A DNA stretch of 64,000 bases from positions 26,688 through 90,687 of the forward strand of contig JAJXVV010000001.1 of the NCBI GenBank assembly GCA_021781955.1, given 5' to 3'. This document shows, one piece after another, positions 30,864 through 40,672 of this stretch. The DNA is from a bacterium. Lineage in GTDB: Bacteria > Patescibacteriota > Minisyncoccia > Phycocordibacterales > UBA2100. Below the pieces are notes generated by a model. It saw nothing but the letters and a program-made list of their open reading frames with translations. It ran no database searches and was not told where the DNA came from. The translations under genes were made by a program, and so were the position numbers. The stretch's first letter is position 1. Each line of letters begins with the position of its first letter.

Positions 30864-32204
30864 ATGGCACTATTCGACCTTAAAACGCTCAACTCTGCCC
30901 TCGATGAGCTCCAGGCGGAGCGCGGTATCTCGCGCGACTCCGTCGTGGAAGCGCTCGCGACCGCGCTCGCCGCGGCCTACCGTCGCGAGTACGGCAAGCG
31001 CGGCCAGATTATCCGTGCAACTTTCGACCCGCAAACCGGCGACCTTGAGTTCCGCCAAGCGAAGATCGTCGTGGACAACACGCTCGTGCGCGGCGAGGAG
31101 GAAGACCCGACGAGCACCGAGGATCACCGCTCCCGATTCAACCCCGAGCAGCACATCATGCTTGAGGACGCGCGCCGCATCAAACGCGACGCGCAGCTCG
31201 ACGAGGAGGTCTCCTTCCCGCTCGAGACGCACGAGGACTTCGGCCGCATCGCTGCCCAGGCCGCCAAACAGGTCATTATGCAGAAAATCCGCGAGGCGGA
31301 GCGCGCGAGCATCATCTCCGAGTACGGCGAGCGCGAAGGCGAGATCGTGACCGGCCACGTGCAGCGCTTCGAGCGCGGCAACCTCTTCGTCGATCTCGGC
31401 CGCGCAACCGCCATCCTTCCCTATGACGAACAGATACCCGGCGAGCGCTACCGCCAGGGCGAACGCGTGCGCGCGCTCCTCTTGCGCGTCGACGAGGGCG
31501 TGCGCGGCACATTTATCCGCCTCTCCCGCTCGCACCCGCACTTCCTCACGAAACTATTCGAGGCTGAGGTGCCGGAAATGGCGAGCGGCATCGTCAAGGT
31601 AAAAGGTATTGTCCGCGAACCCGGAAGCCGCGCCAAGATCGCCGTGCAATCGACCGACGACCACGTCGATCCGGTCGGCGCGCTGGTCGGTCAGCGTGGC
31701 GTGCGCGTCGCGGTCGTCACCTCCGAGCTCGGCGGCGAGAAGATCGATGTCGTCGAATGGAGCGAAGAGCCGTCCACGTTCGTCAAAGAGGCGCTCAAAC
31801 CCGCGCAGATCCTCGAGATAGAGCTCGATGAGGAGGGCGGCCGCGCGACGGTGACCGTCGCCGAGGACCAGCAGTCGCTCGCGATCGGCCGCGGCGGCCA
31901 GAACGTGCGTCTCGCTGCACGCCTGACCGGCTGGAAGATGGATATCCGCTCGACGGGCGGCTCGCAGGTAGAAGGCACCGAGGAAGGCGGCGTCACCATC
32001 GAGACGCAGCCGACCAACGTCGAGAACCTTTCGCAAGAGGAGGATGCGTTCGAAGAAACGAAAACCGCGCTCGGCGACGATTCCGAGGACGCGGGCGAGG
32101 AGAACCTCGATCCGCAAGCGCAAGATCGCGATGTCGCCGACGAGAAGGTTGAGGCGGAACAGGAGGGCGACCCCGGCGAGGATACGGAACAGGACGTCGC
32201 GTAA
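30864..32204 (+). CDS. nusA: Transcription factor NusA with acidic tail
   Basis: FGRIAAQ, REPGSRAKIAV, AIGRGGQNVRLA. Confidence 0.97.
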   Translation: MALFDLKTLNSALDELQAERGISRDSVVEALATALAAAYRREYGKRGQIIRATFDPQTGDLEFRQAKIVVDNTLVRGEEEDPTSTEDHRSRFNPEQHIMLEDARRIKRDAQLDEEVSFPLETHEDFGRIAAQAAKQVIMQKIREAERASIISEYGEREGEIVTGHVQRFERGNLFVDLGRATAILPYDEQIPGERYRQGERVRALLLRVDEGVRGTFIRLSRSHPHFLTKLFEAEVPEMASGIVKVKGIVREPGSRAKIAVQSTDDHVDPVGALVGQRGVRVAVVTSELGGEKIDVVEWSEEPSTFVKEALKPAQILEIELDEEGGRATVTVAEDQQSLAIGRGGQNVRLAARLTGWKMDIRSTGGSQVEGTEEGGVTIETQPTNVENLSQEEDAFEETKTALGDDSEDAGEENLDPQAQDRDVADEKVEAEQEGDPGEDTEQDVA

Positions 32205-32230
32205 CTCTTGCGCCCATTCACAAAAAAAAT

Positions 32231-32263
32231 CGCGGCGGCGCCCCAGGGGCGCCGCCGCTTGTT
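32231..32263. terminator. Terminator between nusA and the convergent gene
   Basis: GCGGCGGCGCCCC-A-GGGGCGCCGCCGC flanked by A and T tracts. Confidence 0.8.
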
Positions 32264-32283
32264 TCGTTCTCAGTCCGCTCGCG

Positions 32284-33312
32284 CTAAACGGGCCAAAGAA
32301 GATCATGCAGATCGCGGACCATCGCCTTCGCGGTCACGACGGGCCCGGCACCCGGACCCGTGAGCGCGTAGCCGGTATCCTCACCGTACGGGTCGTAGAT
32401 GTTGAACCCATTGTTGACCCCGTCGACCTGGCGCAGCCAGTCGAACCATGGAGTCTCGGACCCGACATCGACGAATCCGCCCTTGATGGTCCATCGACCG
32501 GCTTGCGCTTCTATCGATCCTGGCGCGAACCCGCCGAACTCATTGGCGTGAGGTATCGACGAGAAACGAAGGATGAACCGGTATCGAGCGTTCCTTCCGG
32601 TAAGATGCATGAGGTCGTCGTGGGTGATCGTAACCACGCGGAAATCGTCGGGGGTGGACGTCTCTTCAGACGCTTCCCGAAGCGCCACGTTGTAGATGAT
32701 GGCCGCCTTCATGACAACATCCTCCAACTCGCCGTTTATGATGCCGATCATGTCGTCGCTGCCGGGCTCGGCATAGCCGAGCCGCTGAGCTTCGCGTACC
32801 GCAGCTGCGATAGAACCGCCCTGCTGGATCCTGCTCCAAATGCTGTTGAGCGTGCCGTTTACGATCGCATCGACGATAACGTTCTCAGGGCGGAGCTTCC
32901 GCCGACGCAGCACCTCGAGCATATCGGTGCCGCCGCCGACAGTGGCGCGCCGCCCGACCGGTTGACCGAGCGCGAGCACATCCTTGCAGCGGAAGGCGTG
33001 CGCAGCCTTCGCGCTCGTGACTAGATGCTTGCCGTCCTTGGCGAAAGCCTGCATGTAAGCGAGCTCGTCGGCACCCTTATTCGCGTTCGGGATGGCCAGC
33101 ATGACCGCTTCCGCCGATCCGGCGTATGGCGCGACTGCATTCAGCATATCGCTCGCGGAGCCGAACGCGGGAACGACGCTCACGTGCCCAGCGCCTCCGG
33201 TCATCAGCGAGCTTCTCGCGACCTGTGCGACCACCTCGTGCCCGTGGCTGCGGAGCTGCACCCTCAACTCACCGCCGACATTGCCGGCGCCAATGATAAG
33301 CACCTTCGCCAT
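32284..33312 (-). CDS. Homoserine dehydrogenase-like oxidoreductase
   Basis: IIGAGNVG, ATVGGG, IVNGTLN, AQRLGYAEP, GPGAGPVVTA. Confidence 0.8.
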   Translation of the reverse strand: MAKVLIIGAGNVGGELRVQLRSHGHEVVAQVARSSLMTGGAGHVSVVPAFGSASDMLNAVAPYAGSAEAVMLAIPNANKGADELAYMQAFAKDGKHLVTSAKAAHAFRCKDVLALGQPVGRRATVGGGTDMLEVLRRRKLRPENVIVDAIVNGTLNSIWSRIQQGGSIAAAVREAQRLGYAEPGSDDMIGIINGELEDVVMKAAIIYNVALREASEETSTPDDFRVVTITHDDLMHLTGRNARYRFILRFSSIPHANEFGGFAPGSIEAQAGRWTIKGGFVDVGSETPWFDWLRQVDGVNNGFNIYDPYGEDTGYALTGPGAGPVVTAKAMVRDLHDLLWPV

Positions 33313-33445
33313 TACCGCTTCCTTTCTTTGACTGAGTTCGTACGCTATGCATCCTGCGAAAAGCAGGCTGTCTGCCAACCTACTCCGCCGCCATATGCTC
33401 GTCAATGTTTTACAAACCGCTTGCGTTTGCTACACTTTTCTCACT

Positions 33446-34030
33446 ATGGCCAACATCGATCACAAACCATCGCGCTACATGCTCAACCTTCTCCACGCGT
33501 TGCCGGCTATCGCTGACGAAGAAAACAACGTCATCAACGTCATCGTCGAGGTCTCCTCCGGCTCCATCAACAAGTACGAACTCATCACCGAGTCGGGACA
33601 GCTCAAGCTCGACCGCGTCGGCTACTCCTCGATGGCCTACCCCTTCACCTACGGCGCCATCCCGCAGACCTGGGACCTCGACAACGACCCGCTCGACATC
33701 GAGATCATGGGCGTCACGGAACCGCTCATAGCCGGGTCGCTCGCGGAGGTGCGGGTCATCGGCGGCATGACGTTCACCGACGCGGGTGAAGTGGACGACA
33801 AGATCGTTGGCGTGCTCGCGAGCGACAAGCGCGTCGATCACATCATGCACATCGACGATCTCGGCCCGCATTTCAAAAAGGAGACGAAGCACTTCTGGGA
33901 AACCTACAAAGCGCTCAAGAAGCCGGGTACTGGAGTCGTCGGCGAATTTCTCGACGTCCCAGGCGCCCTCAAGATCATCCGCGAGAGCATGGAGCGGTAC
34001 GAGAAGGACTACCGTCCCAAGCTCGATTGA
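33446..34030 (+). CDS. ppa: Inorganic pyrophosphatase (family I)
   Basis: NKYE, LDRV, YGAIPQT, DNDPLD, DAGEVDDK. Confidence 0.95.
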   Translation: MANIDHKPSRYMLNLLHALPAIADEENNVINVIVEVSSGSINKYELITESGQLKLDRVGYSSMAYPFTYGAIPQTWDLDNDPLDIEIMGVTEPLIAGSLAEVRVIGGMTFTDAGEVDDKIVGVLASDKRVDHIMHIDDLGPHFKKETKHFWETYKALKKPGTGVVGEFLDVPGALKIIRESMERYEKDYRPKLD

Positions 34031-34115
34031 CCCCGGGCGAACCGCCGATACGGGTTCGAGTTGTCCACGCATGCGACGCGGCCGCCGTATGCGGCCACTC
34101 GCTATACTGTGGGGT

Positions 34116-34394
34116 ATGCTCATCGCGCCGACGCCTAATCCGGAAGAGGATCGCCTGCTCTTCTCCGATCTCGCGGATGAGGATCGCGAGTCGCCCGTGC
34201 AACACTCCTCAACGAGCGCGCTCATCGGCGTGTTCATCATCATCATTCTGCTCATCGTTGGCGCGCTCTACTTCTGGAAAGCCGAGATCAACGCGCAAAA
34301 AGCGCGACGCGCGCAAGCAGCCGCCATCGCGGCTCTCAACAACTCAACAACGACCCTCGTCATCTCCACAACCTCGACGACGAACGCGCGGTAA
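34116..34394 (+). CDS. Small single-TM hypothetical protein
   Basis: ALIGVFIIIILLIVGALYFW; TATACT just upstream of the ATG. Confidence 0.7.
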   Translation: MLIAPTPNPEEDRLLFSDLADEDRESPVQHSSTSALIGVFIIIILLIVGALYFWKAEINAQKARRAQAAAIAALNNSTTTLVISTTSTTNAR

Positions 34395-34408
34395 GGTAGA
34401 CTCGCGCG

Positions 34409-35479
34409 ATGAGCCATCAACTACAGAACGTGCGGGTGGAGCGCGATGACACTGCGTGGGAAGCGGTCGTCGACGCCGATATCCCCGCCGACGTGCTCGC
34501 GACCCACCGCGACGCGGCGCTCAAAGAAATGCAGCGCGAGGCCTCGCTCGACGGTTTCCGTCCTGGCAAAGCTCCCCTCGAGCGCATTATCCAGATCTAC
34601 GGCGAGCAGGCCGTGCTTCGCCACGCGGCACAACATGCGATCGAGCACGAACTCCCCGAGCTCTTGGCCGCCGAAAAGCAGCTCATCGTGGAAGCGCCGC
34701 GCGTCGAGACCGCCACGCCTGAGAGCGGCAAAGCGCTGCATTTCACAGCGCGCGCGGCGCTTTCGCCCGAGATCAAGCTCGGCGACTACAAGAAGCTGGC
34801 AAAAAAGGTGAACGGCAAGAAAGAAGAGGCGGTCGTTTCCGACACCGAGCACGCCGAAGCGCTCACGCATCTGAAACGCGAACGCGCCCGCATCGACAAA
34901 CTCGAGTCCGGCGTCGAGCCGCAGAAGGCCGCCGAAGAAGCTCGCGCGCTCGCCGAGGCCGACCTCCCCGCGCTCGACGACCTGTTCGTTCAGTCGCTCG
35001 GCTACGAGAGCGTCGAGAAGTTCTCCGAGGCAGTCCGCATCAACATCAAGAACGAAAAAGAGCTCCAGGCGCAAGAGAAACGACGCGCCGAGATACTCGA
35101 TGAGCTCGTACATGCTTCGACGGTACGCTACCCGCGCTCACTCCTCTCCTACGAACTCGACGAGATGGAAGGCCAGATGCGCGACGACATTTCCCGTATG
35201 AGCACCACATTCGAGAACTATCTCGCGCAGATGAAGAAGACGCGTGAGGAGGTGCGCAAGGAATGGGAGCCGGCAGCTGACAAACGTGCAAAAGTACGCC
35301 TTATCTTAGGGCAGATCGCGCGCGAAGAGAAGATCGAGCCGAGGCCGGAAGAACTCGCGCACGAGCTTGAGCACGCCAAGAAACACTACCCGCAGGTGTC
35401 CGAAGAGAATCTCCGCGCGCACCTCTCGCACGCGATGAGGAACGGCGCGACCGTGCAGTTCCTCGAGTCCATCCAATAG
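34409..35479 (+). CDS. tig: Trigger factor (PPIase domain apparently absent)
   Basis: DGFRPGKAP ribosome-binding motif; 356 aa; upstream of clpP. Confidence 0.92.
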   Translation: MSHQLQNVRVERDDTAWEAVVDADIPADVLATHRDAALKEMQREASLDGFRPGKAPLERIIQIYGEQAVLRHAAQHAIEHELPELLAAEKQLIVEAPRVETATPESGKALHFTARAALSPEIKLGDYKKLAKKVNGKKEEAVVSDTEHAEALTHLKRERARIDKLESGVEPQKAAEEARALAEADLPALDDLFVQSLGYESVEKFSEAVRINIKNEKELQAQEKRRAEILDELVHASTVRYPRSLLSYELDEMEGQMRDDISRMSTTFENYLAQMKKTREEVRKEWEPAADKRAKVRLILGQIAREEKIEPRPEELAHELEHAKKHYPQVSEENLRAHLSHAMRNGATVQFLESIQ

Positions 35480-35531
35480 AAAAAGCGGCGCCGAGGGCGC
35501 CGCTCCACAGATTCACTCGCCGTTTCCACGC

Positions 35532-35984
35532 TCAAGTCTTCTCAAAAACGTAGAACAGCGGCGCACCGGCCGTATGCGCGATGCACGAGGACGAGGCGGC
35601 CTCCTTGTAGATCAAGGAGGAATTGCGGCCCGGTTGTCGCGCGACGCGCATCGAGCCGACGAGCTTCAAGCGTGCCGACCGCAGCGCCGCATCCGCGCTC
35701 GTACGATCGGTCAGCAGACGGCCGCCCCGCGCGAGATGCCTCTCCAGATCATGGCTCACCGGAGAGTCGTGGCACACGATCAGGTCGCAAAGAATGCGGC
35801 CGGACACCACATCTTCGGCTGGATCATGCTCCATGACCAATGATCTCGAGCGAACCGCCTCCGGCACGGCGCCTTTCCGACCGCGTCCTGCGATCACAAG
35901 AACGACCTCCGGATACCCGTACTCTTTGACGTACCGCTCGATCGCGGCTTCTGGAAGATCGACGAGAACCGACATTTCACTCAT
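35532..35984 (-). CDS. Hypothetical protein
   Basis: 150-aa ORF filling the tig-clpP gap; no recognised motif. Confidence 0.5.
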   Translation of the reverse strand: MSEMSVLVDLPEAAIERYVKEYGYPEVVLVIAGRGRKGAVPEAVRSRSLVMEHDPAEDVVSGRILCDLIVCHDSPVSHDLERHLARGGRLLTDRTSADAALRSARLKLVGSMRVARQPGRNSSLIYKEAASSSCIAHTAGAPLFYVFEKT

Positions 35985-36162
35985 CCCATTTCGTTGCGAC
36001 TATTGCCACCCTACCAGAACGTCCCGTTCCCGCAAAGGAATCGACCGCCTCCTCGCGCGGCCGCAGCAAACGAGCACTCAGCATCTCCCACGCGACGCGC
36101 CGTATAGAGATCAAGATCGAATGATTTGCGCGCATTTGCTGATTTATGTACACTCTCGGGAT

Positions 36163-36756
36163 ATGAACACTCCCAAATCACAAATGTTGGTGCCGATGGT
36201 GGTCGAGAAAAGCTCTCTCGGAGAGCGTGCGTACGACATTTACTCGCGGTTGCTCAAGGAGCGCATCGTCTTCCTCGGCGGCCCGATCGATGGCGACGTG
36301 GCCAACCTGGTCATCGCCCAGTTCCTCTTCCTCGCCTCGGAGGACCCGAAAAAGGATATCTCCTTCTATATCAACAGCCCCGGCGGCCACGTCTCGGCCG
36401 GGCTCGCGATACTCGATACCATGAACCACATCCAGCCCCCTGTCTCCACCGTCTGCGTGGGCATGGCGGCCTCGATGGGAGCGGTGCTGCTTAGCGCGGG
36501 CGAAAAGGGCAAGCGTTATGCGCTCCCCAATGCGGAAATAATGATCCACCAGCCCTCCGGCGGCGCCGAGGGCATGGCGGCCGACATCGAGATAACGGCC
36601 AGACACATCCTGCGCCTGCGCGAGCGGCTCAACAAGATACTGGCAAAGAACACCGGCCAGAAACTCGACAAGATAGAGAAGGACGTCGATCGCGACTACT
36701 TCATGGACGCCGAAGAGGCGCTTAAGTACGGCCTCGTCGACAAAGTACTCAAGTAA
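36163..36756 (+). CDS. clpP: ATP-dependent Clp protease proteolytic subunit
   Basis: [27 protein letters not shown]. Confidence 0.98.
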   Translation: MNTPKSQMLVPMVVEKSSLGERAYDIYSRLLKERIVFLGGPIDGDVANLVIAQFLFLASEDPKKDISFYINSPGGHVSAGLAILDTMNHIQPPVSTVCVGMAASMGAVLLSAGEKGKRYALPNAEIMIHQPSGGAEGMAADIEITARHILRLRERLNKILAKNTGQKLDKIEKDVDRDYFMDAEEALKYGLVDKVLK

Positions 36757-36759
36757 CAC

Positions 36760-36799
36760 GCGGGCTGCGGCACGAACGTGCCGCAGCCCGCCTCATTTT
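36760..36799 (+). terminator. clpP terminator
   Basis: GCGGGCTGCGGCACG-AA-CGTGCCGCAGCCCGC then CTCATTTT. Confidence 0.75.
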
Positions 36800-36860
36800 C
36801 ACTTCACCATATCGTGTGGTACAGTAGCTAGGTACCCAACAATTATGAACTTCAAACGTA

Positions 36861-36954
36861 TGCTTTCCCGTGAGTCGCTCCAGCATGTGGGTCTAAAATC
36901 CAAGGCTAAGACGCTTGCTTTTTTGATGCGCATCTAACGCTCACGCGGAGGGCA
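36861..36954 (+). ncRNA. Structured RNA upstream of rny (6S-like or leader candidate)
   Basis: Closing helix TGCTTTCC-CGTGAG / CTCACG-C-GGAGGGCA, asymmetric bubble, apical stem. Confidence 0.4.
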
Positions 36955-36964
36955 ACCTTCGCGT

Positions 36965-38494
36965 ATGTCACTCAAATTAATATTACTGCTCCTCGGCCTC
37001 TCGGGCGGTGTCGGTATCGCTATCGGCTATTTTTTGCGTATGCTCGTCCTCTTGGGCAAGCGCGGCTCGATGGAACTCCAGATCCGCAAGATGATGCTCG
37101 ACGCCGAAGAGAAGGCCAAAGCCATCACGCAAGAGGCCGAACAGAAAGCAAAGGAGCGCGGCACTGAGCTTGAGCGCGAGTTCAAGTCCCGCATCGCCGA
37201 CCTCAAGGCAACCGAGGATCGCCTTGTCCGCAAGGAGGAGATGCTCGACAAGCGCCAGGTCAACATCGACTCCGAGGTGAGTGGGATCGAGAAACGCAGC
37301 GCCGAAGTGCAGGCCACCAAAGAGAGGGCCGAATCGCTCGTCATCGAGCAGCAACAGAAACTCGAGAAGGTCGCGGGCCTCACGGCTGAGGAAGCTAAGC
37401 GCGACCTCATCGCCTCCGTCGAGAAACAGAACGAAGAATCGATCGAGAGCCGCATGCGCAAACTGGAGATTTCTGGCAATGAGCGTCTCGAGGCGCGCGC
37501 CAAGGAGATCCTCACGACAGCCGTGCACCGCCTGGGCAATTCGGTCGTCTCCGATGTTCTCGCCACCACCATTTCCCTGCCGAACGACGAGATCAAGGGC
37601 AAGATCATCGGCAAGGAAGGCCGCAATATCCGCGCCTTCGAGCGCGCGACCGGCGTCGACGTCATCGTCGACGATACGCCAGGCACCATCACCCTCTCGA
37701 GCTACGACCCGATACGCCGTCAGATCGCGCGCATCGCGCTCGAAAATCTCATAATCGACGGCCGCATCCAGCCCGCCAAGGTTGAGGAATCGGTGCAGAA
37801 GGCCGAGGCCGAGATAAACACCATCATCAAGAAGAAGGGCGCGGAAGCCGCCTACAACGCCAAGGTCCAGAACATGGACCCGAAGCTCCTCATGATCTTG
37901 GGCCGCCTCTACTTCCGCACGAGCTACGGACAGAACGTGCTCGACCACTCGGTCGAGGTCGCCAATCTCGCCGGCATGCTCGCCGAGGAACTCGGCGCTG
38001 ATACGGCCGTTGCCCGCGCCGGTGCGCTCTTCCATGACATCGGCAAAGCCGTCGACCATGAAGTTCCCGGTACACACGTGGAAATCGGTCGTCGTATCCT
38101 GCAGAAGTTCAACGTGGACGAGGCCGTCATCAAGGCCATGCAAGCGCACCATGAAGAGTACCCGTACGAAACGCCGGAGAGCATGATCGTGCAAGTGGCC
38201 GATGCCATTTCCGGCGCGCGCCCCGGCGCTCGTCGCGACTCCGTCGAGCAGTACATCAAGCGCCTGGAAGACCTAGAGGCCATCGCCAACAAGGAGCAGG
38301 GCGTGGAGAAGAGCTACGCCATCGCGGCAGGCCGCGAACTGCGCGTTATCGTCAAACCGGAGAACATCACCGACCTCGACGCCCGTAAGCTTGCCCGCGA
38401 CATCGCTGACAAGATAGAGAAAGAACTCCAGTACCCGGGCGAGATCAAGGTATCCGTCATTCGAGAAACGAGGGTCATCGAATACGCTCGCTAG
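36965..38494 (+). CDS. rny: Ribonuclease Y
   Basis: N-terminal TM, coiled coil, KGKIIGKEGRNIR (KH), HDIGK (HD). Confidence 0.97.
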   Translation: MSLKLILLLLGLSGGVGIAIGYFLRMLVLLGKRGSMELQIRKMMLDAEEKAKAITQEAEQKAKERGTELEREFKSRIADLKATEDRLVRKEEMLDKRQVNIDSEVSGIEKRSAEVQATKERAESLVIEQQQKLEKVAGLTAEEAKRDLIASVEKQNEESIESRMRKLEISGNERLEARAKEILTTAVHRLGNSVVSDVLATTISLPNDEIKGKIIGKEGRNIRAFERATGVDVIVDDTPGTITLSSYDPIRRQIARIALENLIIDGRIQPAKVEESVQKAEAEINTIIKKKGAEAAYNAKVQNMDPKLLMILGRLYFRTSYGQNVLDHSVEVANLAGMLAEELGADTAVARAGALFHDIGKAVDHEVPGTHVEIGRRILQKFNVDEAVIKAMQAHHEEYPYETPESMIVQVADAISGARPGARRDSVEQYIKRLEDLEAIANKEQGVEKSYAIAAGRELRVIVKPENITDLDARKLARDIADKIEKELQYPGEIKVSVIRETRVIEYAR

Positions 38495-38652
38495 AACTCA
38501 GCCATAAAACACCTGTGGATATCAGGATATTGTCAATTGACAGCCGGAAAATACGGCTCAAAATGGTCATGTAGTGGCTTGCCTGCCGCTTAAGGCAATG
38601 GTCGGGGCCAGCATAGTACGTGTGCGCATTATTTATCGTAACTATCAATATC

Positions 38653-38928
38653 ATGGCAAATAAAATGGATCTGGTGGAGAAGGTGGCGGCAACCGTCGGC
38701 TCGACCAAGGCCGACGCGGAGCGCGCGGTCGAGGCGATCATCGACACCATCACCGATTGTCTCAAGAAAGGCGAGGAGGTCTCGATCGCGGGCTTGGGCA
38801 TCTTCCAGGCGAAGACCCGCGCCGGCCGCATGGGCAGGAACCCCCGCACGGGCGCGACCATTCAGATCAAGGCGATGAAAGTGCCGAAGTTCCGCGCTTC
38901 CAAGACCTTGAAGGACGCGATTAAGTAG
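38653..38928 (+). CDS. hup: HU family DNA-binding protein
   Basis: GLGIF, GRNPRTG, PKFRASK. Confidence 0.95.
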   Translation: MANKMDLVEKVAATVGSTKADAERAVEAIIDTITDCLKKGEEVSIAGLGIFQAKTRAGRMGRNPRTGATIQIKAMKVPKFRASKTLKDAIK

Positions 38929-38936
38929 TTTTCTTG

Positions 38937-38974
38937 CAAAACCGCCCCCAAAGAGTGGGGGCGGTTTTGTTTTG
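38937..38974. terminator. Bidirectional terminator
   Basis: CAAAACCGCCCCCA...TGGGGGCGGTTTTG. Confidence 0.85.
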
Positions 38975-39040
38975 TCTGGTAGAGTCCATTAGCTATACCG
39001 CGCCCCGCGAGCGATGCGTTATCCATCGCTCGGACCTCGT

Positions 39041-39111
39041 TGCGGGATGCGGGAATCGAACCCGCGACCTCAGTTTGGAAAACTGATGTTTTACCATTAA
39101 ACTAATCCCGC
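39041..39111 (-). tRNA. tRNA-Gly(TCC), CCA not encoded
   Basis: Reverse complement GCGGGATTAGTTTAATGGTAAAACATCAGTTTTCCAAACTGAGGTCGCGGGTTCGATTCCCGCATCCCGCA folds as a cloverleaf. Confidence 0.96.
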
Positions 39112-39178
39112 TTTTTGGGCAACTCCGAAAGAATACTCCGTTTTTTGCGAAAGAGGAATAGACGCGTATAGTTTCTCG

Positions 39179-40375
39179 ATGACCAAGCAGCAGCGAGTCT
39201 TCCTGCTCGTTTTCATTGCACTTGTGGCGTTGGGCGCCGCCGTTTCGTACGACCTGCCATCCTCCTCGCAGCCTGCGGTCCCAGCGCCGATCGCCGCAAC
39301 TCCCGCCACGCAGATCGCCGCCGCCGCCGAACCATCTCCGCCATCGCTCGCGACCTTAGCGACATCAAGCGCAGTCGCTTCGTCGCCCATTTCCGCGAAG
39401 CGGTCCGATAGAAAGGAAAAGGCCAATATCCGACCTGGAACGACCGCTCGGGCTGCCGCATCGGCCGGCATCGCGTCATCGTCTTCGCAAGTCGCCCGCC
39501 TTGAGAGCCCCTATTCCGCGCCCCGCGCCTCCATAAGCGACCTCAATACCGATGCCCGCGCCGCGCTCGTCAACATCCTCTGCATGCCGCGCGGCGGCGG
39601 TTCGTTCTCCCCCATTTCCGGTTCCGGCGTCATCATTGATCCGCGCGGCATCGTCCTCACAAACGCGCACGTCGCGCAATATGTCCTCCTCTCGCAAAGC
39701 CCGAAAGTGGACCTCCAGTGCGCCATCCGTGCCGGCGCACCGGCGCACGCCCTCTGGAGCGCCGAGGTACTCTATATACCACCCGTGTGGGTACAAACGC
39801 ACGTAGGCGAGATAAACGCGCAGCACCCGCAAGGCACCGGAGAGCACGACTACGGACTGCTCTATATCACGGGTTCGCTTTCGGGCGGATCGCTCCCTGC
39901 GCCATTCCCCTTCCTGCAACCCGACACGCGTGAAGGCATTGCGTTCCAGGGAGACCAGGTACTGGTGGCGAGCTACCCGGCCGAATTCCTTGGCGGCATG
40001 GCGGCAGAGAACGATCTCTACCCCGCATCTTCAGTGACCACGATAGGAAGACTGCTCACATTCTCTTCAAGCTCGATCGATGTTCTCTCGTTGGGCGGCA
40101 TCATCGAGGCACAGAGCGGTTCTTCGGGCGGCGCGGTCGTCAACGCATGGGACCGGCTCGTGGGACTCATCGTGACGACAAGCGAAGGTGCCACGACTGC
40201 AGCCCGCGACCTCCACGCGCTCTCGCTTTCGTACATTAGTCGTGATCTCGCTGCGCAGAGCGGCTACGATCTCCCCGAATGGCTTCAAACTGACCCTGCT
40301 TCTACCGCAAAGAATTTCAACGCGATGGTCGCACCAGGCCTTTTGAAGCTCTACATCGCGCAGCTTTCCTACTAA
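39179..40375 (+). CDS. Membrane-anchored trypsin-like serine protease
   Basis: GSGVII, LTNAHV, HDYGLL, QSGSSGG. Confidence 0.88.
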   Translation: MTKQQRVFLLVFIALVALGAAVSYDLPSSSQPAVPAPIAATPATQIAAAAEPSPPSLATLATSSAVASSPISAKRSDRKEKANIRPGTTARAAASAGIASSSSQVARLESPYSAPRASISDLNTDARAALVNILCMPRGGGSFSPISGSGVIIDPRGIVLTNAHVAQYVLLSQSPKVDLQCAIRAGAPAHALWSAEVLYIPPVWVQTHVGEINAQHPQGTGEHDYGLLYITGSLSGGSLPAPFPFLQPDTREGIAFQGDQVLVASYPAEFLGGMAAENDLYPASSVTTIGRLLTFSSSSIDVLSLGGIIEAQSGSSGGAVVNAWDRLVGLIVTTSEGATTAARDLHALSLSYISRDLAAQSGYDLPEWLQTDPASTAKNFNAMVAPGLLKLYIAQLSY

Positions 40376-40559
40376 CCTCTTACGATCCCCATCGGGCCGC
40401 CCAGAATCGAACTGGGACTACGTGCTCCCAAAGCACGCGTACTACCACTATACGACGGCCCGTAAGCACTAATCTAGCACACGAGCGCGCGCCCGGCTTT
40501 CGCGGGGCGCGCCAAAGAACAAACGGATCGACTTTCGGAATAATCATCAAAATAGCCAT

Positions 40560-40652
40560 GTGTCGTCGAATCCGGCACATAAAAATCCTACCGCATTGTT
40601 TATAGCCGATATGTAATTATAACAATGCTATATGTGTCGGATTAGCCGACAC
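40560..40652. promoter_or_regulatory. Paired operator-like inverted repeats upstream of the TrmB-like gene
   Basis: GTGTCGGATTAGCCGACAC (40634-40652) and GTGTCGTCGAATCCGGCAC (40560-40578). Confidence 0.55.
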
Positions 40653-40672
40653 TTCCTAAATAACGTGGTAAT

